A DNA stretch of 7,827 nt from Octopus sinensis (Eukaryota): NCBI RefSeq assembly GCF_006345805.1, contig NW_021828738.1, positions 1-7,827 on the forward strand, given 5' to 3'. Position numbers and translations under genes: made by a program. The notes beneath the pieces were generated by a model. It saw only the letters and a list, made by a program, of their open reading frames with translations. It made no database searches and was not told the origin of the DNA. This document shows, piece by piece, positions 1-7,827 of this stretch (position 1 is its first letter; each line of letters opens with the position of its first letter).

Positions 1-233
<233 letters not shown>

Positions 234-901
234 TCAAGTTGTACAGATTAACAACTTTTCAATAATATTTCTTCTCTCACCAAAATATATGGATATTTTT
301 CTTCTTTTCACTTTTACAGCTGATTCCAAACAAATATCACTTCTCTTATATTTCTTCTAAATGTGATCATTGCCAATATTTAAAAATGCCGCAAATACTC
401 TTTGTAAATCCATCAAAGTATATTTAAAAGAGAAAATTATCTCTTGCACATTTCAGACACAGAAGTAAAGAAATGCTTTCTCTCTCAGAGGAAATATTTT
501 ACTGTAACTCGGCAATGTTTTATAGAAGCAGGATTATACGTTTGTAGAATATCTTTGCAGAGTCTTTAAAACATGAAACATTGATGATTCTTTAAAAGTA
601 AAAAATACTTTTTAGCCAATTTCATGTGATTTTCTGAAAGAATAGAAAAAATAATATAAGACATCAAGTATGTTTAAAAGGCAGATATTCAAAAGTGCAA
701 ATTTATGACATTTCTGTTTTCATAAATTATAGAAGCAATCCTTTATCTGAACTACTAAACTTATCCCATCTCTCTATTTTCAAGAAGTTTATAGCAGGGA
801 GTAGACACATGTATTATAATAACATCTCCTGGACATTAAGTCTGTCCTAGACACACACACATACCAATATACATGTCAATAGCACTAGATATCAGATGTT
901 T

Positions 902-1138
902 TCATCTGAAGGGGGTTTTCTCCAGTGTCTGAGTATGCTTGGGTCTAGTTAGGCAACTACTAATAGAGAATGATTCACTAATGATGTCACAGTGATATGG
1001 CTTCTTCCCTCCATGAACTCTTGTGTGAGTAGTGAAGTTACCTCTTTGATAGAATTACTTGCCACAGATATTACAGTGATCTGGTTTCTCCTCTAAATTA
1101 ATACGTTCGTGTTGCATTAAGCTGGTGCCACTGTAGCA
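902..1138 (-). pseudogene. Degenerate C2H2 zinc finger array (about 2.5 decayed fingers)
   Basis: Translation: CYSGTSLMQHERINLEEKPDHCNICGK*FYQRGNFTTHTRVHGGKKPYHCDIISESFSISSCLTRPKHTQTLEKTPFR*. The 28-aa periodicity is kept, but there is an internal TAA at 1057-1055, several lost Cys/His ligands and eroded linkers. Confidence 0.85.
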
Positions 1139-1213
1139 GATTCCAAACTACCTTTCATTTGCACTCTTTCAGTTGGTGAAGCTAAATCGCCTTTATATCA
1201 AACACTTTCTCCT

Positions 1214-1230
1214 CTGAAAAGGTAAAATTG
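1214..1230 (-). other. Candidate 3' splice acceptor (polypyrimidine tract + CAG)
   Basis: Minus strand reads CAATTTTACCTTTTCAG|AGGAG, just upstream of the zinc-finger-like sequence and on the same strand. No transcript evidence. Confidence 0.4.
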
Positions 1231-1715
1231 TTTTTCTTAACCGAAAGGGTTTCTCCGCTGTTTTTTGAGTGCCAGAATCAGTCTGGAGAAAAGAAGGGCC
1301 AAAATCGGTCTAGAGTGTGTTTGTGGAGGGGAGTTTGTTGAAAAGAGTGAACTAACTCAAAGGTAACCCATGCTGTATGCAGTCACTTTGCGTGCTAGAA
1401 ATAGCAGGGATTTATTATGTTCTTTTTTTAAACGACATAATGACTTAATTAAAATAATGTTTCCTCTTAATTCGGTTTTGTATTTCCTAATTATAAAAAT
1501 GTGGAACCAAACTTAAGACCATTCTCAGTGACTTTTTGATTATTATTATTATAATGTCTATATATTTTAATGGACATAAAAATGTTTATAATGCTTCAAG
1601 CATGGAAAATTAAATTATTGGTGACTGATTTGAGTAAACTAAATTTCACAAGGCGATAGTTTTTAAACAATAGTGATCAGCCTTCATTTTATATGTCGAG
1701 TTGATATTTTTTTAA

Positions 1716-2880
1716 TAGCACCTGTGTCGGTGGCACATAAAAACACCATCCGAAGACCCGGCAAGACTAGTCAGGCCATAAACCATGGCCCCTACCTGGG
1801 ACGTAGTCAGTCCACCTGTGCATACCTTCCTCCTTGTGATACTTGTGAAGGCCTGTTGAGGCAAGTGAAAATCAAATCAAATCAAAATCAAAATAGATGA
1901 ACATCAATGGAATTTGTATCTTTGTGGTACCAGTGCCGGTGGCACACAAGAGAAAACCATCCGAAAGTGGCCGTAGCCAGTACCGCATCGACTGGCCTCC
2001 GTGCTGTGGGCACATCCGAAAGTGGCCGTAGCCAGTACCGCATCGACTGGCCTCCGTGCTGTGGGCACATGACAAACACCATCCGATCGTGGCCGTTCGC
2101 CAGCCTCATCTAGCACCTGTGTCGGTGGCACATAAAAACACCATCCGAAGACCCGGCAAGACTAGTCAGGCCATAACCCATGGCCCCTACCTGGGACGTA
2201 GTCAGTCCACCTGTGCATACCTTCCTTCTTGTGACACTTGTGAAGACCTGTGAGGCAAGTGAAAATCAAAATCAAAACAAATCAAAATAGATGAACATCA
2301 ATGGAATCTGTATCTTTGTGGTACCAGTGCCGGTGGCACACACTTTGTGGTACCAGTGCCGGTGGCACACATGAGAACCATCCGAACGTGGCCGTAGCCA
2401 GTTCCGCATCGACCGGCCTCCGTGCTGTGGGCACGTAACAAACACCATCCGATCATGGCCGTTCGCCAGCCTCATCTGGCACCTGTGTCGGTGGCACATA
2501 AAAACACCTTCCGAAGACCCGGCAAGACTAGTCAGTCCACCTGTGCATACCTTCCTTCTTGTGACACTTGTGAAGACCGGTTGAGGCAAGTGAAAATCAA
2601 ATCAAATCAAATCAAAATAGACAAAATAGATGAACATCAATGGAATTTGTATCTTTGTGGTACCAGTGCCGGTGGCACGTGGCACACAATAAAACCATCC
2701 GAACGTGGCCGTAGCCAGTACCGCATCGACTGGCCTCCGTGCTGTGGGCACGTAACAAGCACCATCCGATCGTGGCCGTTTGCCAGCCTCATCTGGCACC
2801 TGTGTCGGTGGCACATAAAAACACATCCGAGCGTGGCCGTTTGCCAGCCTCGTCTGGCACCTGTGTCGGTGGCACATAAA
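1716..2880 (+). repeat. Hierarchical tandem repeat: three ~300-400 bp units plus ~60 bp sub-units
   Basis: The anchor T(A/G)GCACCTGTGTCGGTGGCACATAAAA starts at 1716, 2111, 2477, 2794 and 2855, giving periods of 395, 366, 317 and 61 bp. Each long unit has an (AAATC)n tract (~1868-1894, ~2262-2290, ~2593-2630). Confidence 0.95.
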
Positions 2881-3031
2881 ATCACCCACTACACTCTCGG
2901 AGTGGTTGGCGTTAGGAAGGGCATCCAGCTGTAGAAACACTGCCAGATCTGACTGGACTGGTGCAGCTTTCGGGCTCCCCAGACCCCAGTTGAATCGTCC
3001 AACCCATGCTAGCATGGAAAGCGGACGTTAA

Positions 3032-3048
3032 ATGATGATGATGATGAT
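3032..3048 (+). repeat. (ATG)n trinucleotide tail of the retroposon
   Basis: ATGATGATGATGATGAT lies directly at the boundary back to AT-rich DNA. Short-repeat tails are typical of RTE-mobilised elements. Confidence 0.85.
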
Positions 3049-3384
3049 TTTCACTGCTAATTTTCGAGTAAAAGATTATATAAACGGATTTTTATATTTA
3101 TTTTTGGTCAAATTAGGTAGTTTCTAGTGTTTCAATTCAAAGCCCTTTCATTTCGTCTGTATACCATATTGCCTTTTCGTTTCAGCAATTCAAGTGCACA
3201 ATCGTACTTTTATACATTCCCCATCTTTTCTTACAAATTACATCGTAATTATTAAAAGAACAGCCTTACTTTCATATAATTTCTTCTTTGTTTGGTTAGA
3301 TTCTTTCTTTTGACTTATTCAACACAAGGAAACAAACAGATGTACGTAATATGATACTTAATACAATAGAAATGTCTTTATAAT

Positions 3385-3390
3385 ACTTAC
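3385..3390 (-). other. Candidate 5' splice donor of a non-coding first exon
   Basis: Minus strand reads ...ACTAT|GTAAGTATT, a perfect GTAAGT intronic consensus on the same strand as the zinc-finger ORF. No transcript evidence. Confidence 0.3.
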
Positions 3391-3689
3391 ATAGTAATTG
3401 ATATAAAGAGAGAGTCAACGAGTCAGAGCGGACTCTGACAGCTTCAAGAGAATTTCTTCCTTTCTCACAACGAACGTTACTTCATATTTCGCAGGTCAAT
3501 GTAATAGAAAATGCTGTATCTGTTTGTTTAGACAGTTAATTACCAATCATTTGTATATATTTGATTGGGTTTTCTCTTAAATATCAGTCGTAAAGTGGAA
3601 CTGATCAAACAATCAAGGTGCGTGAGAAACAGGAGCAAGAAATACAATTAATTAGGAAGAGTCAACAAGGGGAACTAACTCTATATTTC

Positions 3690-3695
3690 TTTATT
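3690..3695 (-). terminator. Polyadenylation signal AATAAA at the LINE 3' end
   Basis: TTTATT at 3690-3695 on the plus strand, ~245 nt after the ORF2 stop and preceded on the minus strand by a TG-rich tract. Confidence 0.65.
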
Positions 3696-3939
3696 ATGAT
3701 CATACAATCGTTACATAGAAGGACAAATACAGGACATACATGCAAAAAACAGTTAAGAGGTTCGATTAAAAATTTTCCATAACATTTGGATTATTCATTA
3801 TAAAAATTCGTCTGTAAATTGTCCTTTACGTGACCAATAGAATATTATAACATTTCATAAACTTTCGATCTTACCGAAGTTTTAAACCCCAGCAATTTAT
3901 AAGGCCCCGCAGCTTTTGTTTCCTCTCCTCCCTCCATAG

Positions 3940-6900
3940 TTAAGCTGGGTTTCTGACACCCACCTTTTTTTCCACTTCCTTCCATCTTTTCTCATACACA
4001 CTCCGTGGTAAGATCCTCTTTTCCAGCCCCATTTTGCTCTTCAGATGATATCTGAAGTAAGTGAGCAAGCCGGGGCCCAAGACAAAGGATCCTATCGCGA
4101 CTCCTTCCATTCTTGTTTGCCACATGCATTCTTTTACTACTGCAACCGTGCAGTGAAAACATGCCTCACCTTCCTTCGAGAGTCCAGTTGGCGGTATCAT
4201 CTTAATCATAGACTCAGCCGACAGCTGTACTCGTCCCAGATGCGATAACACGTGTTCTGCGTAACTTATCAAGTCGGACAACTTCCGACAGTGTACAAAA
4301 GCGTGCTGGACGGTTTCATCGTCCAACTCGCACCTTGGACACGTCGGTGGCACTGAAATTCCGTGCCGCGATAACTTCTCGCGAACAGGTAAAGCATTCC
4401 TATAGCACTGCCAGGCCAGGGATCTTTGGAAATTATCCAAATACCCCGTCCTGAAAGTCTTTTTAAACAGGTGGTAAGCTGGTCTTCGTCAAACCCCAGA
4501 GCCCCTCCTAGGACGTCGTCGTTCTTTGCCTCTACCAGCCTTCTATAAAATACCGAGGTGGTATTTCCGCAGCCGGCCTTGCCCGCCTTGTGGATCAGCA
4601 TGAGTGCCTGTCGGCACTCCTTTTGCCATAAAGTCAGTTTCCATCTTTTGATGCGACCGGGTTTAAAATTCACTAAGGAGGCCGGTCTCGGGAAAAATTC
4701 CCCTGCCAGCGGACTCCACACCTTATCACCCTCCAGGTGGTGCCAGAGATGCTTCAGCCTCAACGCATGTCTGCGCATCATCAACCAAGGCATTCCTAAC
4801 CCACCCTTTAACGGTTCCTGGCAGCAAACAGAGCGCCTCACAAGTGGCTTTCCTCCCTTCCACAAAAAGCGGAAAAGGATTCGCTCCAACTTGCTAAGCC
4901 ATGAATCGGGGCAAGGGACAACGGTCAGGCGGTAAGTGATTACAGATGCAATGAACATCTGTACCACCTCCACCCTTCCTTTCAAGGACAGAAACCTTCG
5001 GGACCAGGTCCGTACTATGGCCTCCACCTTGCTCGTCACCTCACTCCAGTTCCTCTCCGTTTGGGAGTCTGGCCCAAACCAGACTCCTAGCAACTTAACA
5101 GGGCCATCCGTCCAGTGTCCCACGACACTGGACGATATCGACTTGCTCCTCCAGGTGCCGAGGCGCAAGCCAACCGACTTGTCCTTGTTAACCTTTGCTC
5201 CTGCCACCGCCTCGTATCCTCTGATAGCCTCTTCCACACAAGGTAGCTGGGCCTCATTGGACACGATGAGGGTGACGTCATCCGCATAAGCAGTAACCGT
5301 CCTCCCACCTCCGATCTCATCCGAGTTACTTCCCAGCCTCTCCAACTTTCGCAGCAATGGCTCAAGAGCCAACACGTACAAAAGTGGTGACAAGGGGCAC
5401 CCTTGACGAACTGAACATTCGATCGAAAACGGTTCCGTTAGGTAACCGTTTATCTGGATGGTGGACTTGATGCCGCTATACATAGCGGAGATCCACCCGC
5501 GAAATTCAGGGCCCAGTCCAGCCGCTTCGAGGACCGTCGCCAGGTACTCATGGTCTACCCTATCGAACGCTTTACTTTGGTCTAAATGGACCATTACCCC
5601 GCCCTTGCCGGTTAATTTACCCACCCTATCTAAGGTGTAGCGTATAAGGTGAAGATTGTCCTGGATCGACCTGCCTGGAATTGCACATGTCTGTGCTCTC
5701 CCTACAAGTTTCTCCACGACAACCGTCAACCTTTTTGCCAACACCTTGGCCAAAATCTTTAACTCTACATTAAGTAGAGTTATGGGCCTGTAGTTACTAA
5801 TGTTATCCCCCTTGCTTGGGTCTTTCTGGATTAGCGTCACCACTCCCCGGCTTACAGAACTGGGAATTCTCCCATTCTGCTGCCAGTTCGTGTAGACGCC
5901 TGCCAATATTCCCCCGAACAAGTCCGGCATACTTTGGTAAAACTCGTAGGGCAGACCATCCAACCCCGGCGACTTCTCCCCGGCGCATCCGGCCAGTATC
6001 CCCTCTATCTCCGCGGGAGTGATCGCTTCTTCACAGCACTCCACCTCACGCCCCGAGAGCCGTGGTCCGCCGGCCAGGAAGTCCTTTAAGGTCCTCCCCC
6101 GCTCCGGCGCCACACCACCCCCGAACACGCGGGCGAAATGCTGGTGAAGAAACTTTTGCATCTCCTCCTGTCCATAGATCTTTTGTCCCTGTTCGTCAGT
6201 TAAAGACTTGATTGAGGCTTTGTTACCTCTCTGACTCTCCACTCGACGGGCCCATCCGGCAACGTTAATACCTTCTCGTTTCCCAGCGCGTAGCTTAGCT
6301 CTGACTCTGCAACCTTCGTGTTTGGAGTTAAGGTGACGGTACAATACCGTCCTTGCCGCCATCACTCCGGATGCAGAGCCAGCTTCCATTGCCTCGTTTA
6401 GATTCTTAACTAAATCGTCCTCTATCCTAGACCTATCTAACCTTAGCTGATTGCTAAATCTAATGGACTCTGAACGAATGGCTCTTTTGAGGGAGTGCCA
6501 CCATCTATTGTTAATGATGGTGCCACACAATGCCCTCTGTACTAACACCTTAATCCGGGTACGGAAGTCTTCACAATTCAAAATAGCCTTGTTCAGCTTC
6601 CAGTACCCGGGTCCCTGTCTATGACACTTGTCTAATTGCATCCTACACGTCACAAATTTGTGATCCGTGTAAGGCACAATGTGAAACTGTTGACAACTAA
6701 ACGTATCCTTATCTCTTTTCTTAATAAATATCCTATCTAAATACGATCTGTGTGAGCCGTCGTTGTTACTCCACGTCCACTGTGGAACGCTCGGCTCATC
6801 CAGTCGGTAACGGTCCACTAGATCAAAGTTCTCTAGTAGACCCTTGAGGCTAGGGTTCCCCTTCCTATTGGTTGAGCCAACACTGTCGACCCGCGCTTCA

Positions 6901-7328
6901 AGGACAGTGTTAAAGTCCCCTACTAGGATTACCGTTTTCGACGTCGTTAAAAAGGGCTCCAGGTTCCGAAAAAAACCCGTCTGTCTACCCTCGTTCGGAG
7001 CGTAGACAGCTACCAACCTGAAGGACTGTTTACTTACGTGGGTTACATCCAGAACAACCAGCCTGCCTTCTGGGTCCAGAAAGACAGTACTTACCTGCAA
7101 GTCCAAGCTCTTCCTGATAAGGACTGCCACGCCTCTGCCTCTTCCTCGGCTAGGAGAAATAAATTTCTCGAACCCATTTAGAAGAGGCGAGAACGCTTGG
7201 GCCTCGTTCATCTTGGACTCTGTTGCAATAGCTATGTCTACTCCATGTGTCGTGAGGTCGTTCAGGAAACAAATTTGTTTCCATTTTGTCCCCATTCCAC
7301 GTACATTCACACAACCCAGCTTAGCCAT
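3940..7328 (-). pseudogene. LINE ORF2 polyprotein (APE endonuclease, reverse transcriptase, CCHC zinc knuckle) with one -1 frameshift; ~1129 aa if repaired
   Basis: Joins the listed ORFs 4269..7328 and 3940..4440. Endonuclease motifs: VNVRG, ATESK, AVYAP, GDFN, LDRIF, TDH (His at 6662-6660). RT motifs: KSPGLDG, YRPITLLN, LDQSKAFDRV, VRQGCPLSP, YADD (5288-5277). Zinc knuckle CPRC-X8-H-X4-C at 4341-4288 in the -1 frame. The -1 frame is closed by TGA at 4491-4489, so the break lies at or downstream of 4488, probably above ~4440. Confidence 0.93.
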
Positions 7329-7827
7329 TGTCGGTGAGAGAAAAAATAAATGAACTTACGGTTGAGAAAGGGAGCATGACAGTTTAAATCTGCCCGCTTC
7401 CCCTTCTTCCTCCCTTGTGGTCGTAGCTGCAGGGCTCTTAACCGGCGTTGCCACCGGGCTCTGGGTAGGTGTGGTTGCGGGGTTATAACAAGTTTACCCT
7501 CCAGTACTTCCTTTGTTACGTCTCTTATCAGTCTATTCTTTAGATGTTCTTGTAGTATTTCCTCCTTCCACTCGTCTTCCTTTATTTTTGCGAAGCGAGT
7601 GGTTGCTTTTATGTCTGTAGCCTTGCTAAATAGTTTAAATTTTGAAAATTTATAGTATTTATATACCCTGCTACCCACATTATATCATACCCTCTCGGTA
7701 TGTCCTCTACCAGCAGTTTAGCTGTTCTTTTTCCCATATACGAGGGTAGCAGCATGATATCATCATTTTTCAGGGTCAATGATGACACCTCTCTTGCTAC
7801 CTCAGTCGAGTCAAAATGTGCTTCAAC
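7307..7827 (-). pseudogene. Disrupted LINE ORF1 (nucleic-acid-binding protein) remnant
   Basis: An open frame from the window edge to TAA at 7611-7609 reads VEAHFDSTEVAREVSSLTLKNDDIMLLPSYMGKRTAKLLVEDIPRGYDIMWVAGYI..., resembling the entry into the RRM-like region of Tx1-type ORF1. Protein-like sequence then continues in another frame (listed ORF 7307..7678). It lies immediately 5' of ORF2. Confidence 0.65.

Larger units (their letters stand above)
1716..3048 (+). mobile_element. 5'-truncated SINE-like non-autonomous retroposon with tandemly amplified body and (ATG)n tail
   Basis: Abrupt GC-rich block within AT-rich flanks. The unique 3' segment (~2880-3031; GGTTGGCGTTAGGAAGGGCATCCAGCTGTAGAAAC...CCAACCCATGCTAGCATGGAAAGCGGACGTTAA) ends in (ATG)5 and resembles, from recall rather than a search, an abundant Octopus SINE with an RTE-type tail. 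No tRNA-like head with A/B boxes and no clear target-site duplication were seen. Confidence 0.75.
3683..7827 (-). mobile_element. Non-LTR retrotransposon (LINE), L1/Tx1 clade; 5' end outside the window
   Basis: ORF1 remnant followed by ORF2 (APE endonuclease, RT, C-terminal CCHC) and a ~250 bp 3' UTR ending AATAAAGAAATAT. The coding part is visibly more GC-rich than the flanks. The 3' boundary is approximate. Confidence 0.93.

Noticed and set aside
851-861. Short (AC)5 run; also (ATT)4 near 1539-1551
   Set aside because: Too short to be meaningful in a microsatellite-rich, AT-rich genome.
1280-1410. Moderately GC-rich patch that may be an old interspersed-repeat fragment (shares AACCCATGCT with 3001-3010)
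   Set aside because: Only a 10-mer match, with no boundaries, tail or target-site duplication. It needs a repeat-library search.
1695-1715. Possible target-site duplication for the SINE-like element (TGATATTTTTTT versus TGATTTTTC after the tail)
   Set aside because: Only loose T-rich similarity, not an exact direct repeat.
1716-2880. CRISPR-like appearance (palindromic repeats at semi-regular spacing)
   Set aside because: The intervening sequences are themselves repeated rather than unique spacers, the spacing is irregular, there are no cas genes, and the context is eukaryotic.
1673-3015. Ten short Cys/His-rich ORFs on both strands
   Set aside because: They are by-products of a GC-rich tandem repeat. 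Unit indels (55, 29 and 7 bp) do not preserve frame and no domain is recognisable.
4343-4353. GTCGGTGGCAC inside ORF2, identical to the core of the array hairpin
   Set aside because: A single 11-mer match between a ~4 kb element and a few hundred unique repeat bases is expected roughly once by chance, and the flanks do not align.
4269-4460. C-terminal ~64 aa of the listed 1019-aa ORF
   Set aside because: Out-of-frame run-on after the break. The conserved LINE C-terminus with the zinc knuckle is in the -1 frame.
4045-6022. Plus-strand and alternative-frame ORFs inside ORF2 (4045-4248, 4558-4935, 4936-5289, 5087-5365, 5458-5640, 5803-5988, 5816-6022)
   Set aside because: Shadow ORFs of a GC-rich coding sequence with no motifs.
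7354-7359. GTAAGT splice-donor consensus on the minus strand between ORF1 and ORF2
   Set aside because: Poor exonic context (CC|GT), overlap with a putative stop codon, and no supporting evidence. A hexamer alone is uninformative.

Overview
Eukaryotic genomic DNA, most likely a coleoid cephalopod (Octopus-like; inferred from the zinc-finger repeat style and the SINE-like tail). Left to right: the 5' part of a C2H2 zinc-finger ORF on the minus strand (206 to <1), a decayed zinc-finger array upstream of it (902-1138), a 5'-truncated SINE-like element whose body is amplified into a hierarchical tandem array of small hairpins (1716-3048, +), and a near-intact L1/Tx1-clade LINE on the minus strand (~3683 to >7827). 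The LINE ORF2 (endonuclease, reverse transcriptase, CCHC zinc knuckle) has a single -1 frame break, and its ORF1 is damaged. The two most interesting signals are a slippery heptamer plus hairpin inside the ORF2 frame-break interval and the repeated hairpin/pseudoknot module in the SINE body. Both have mundane alternative explanations, and neither demonstrates a new system on sequence alone.
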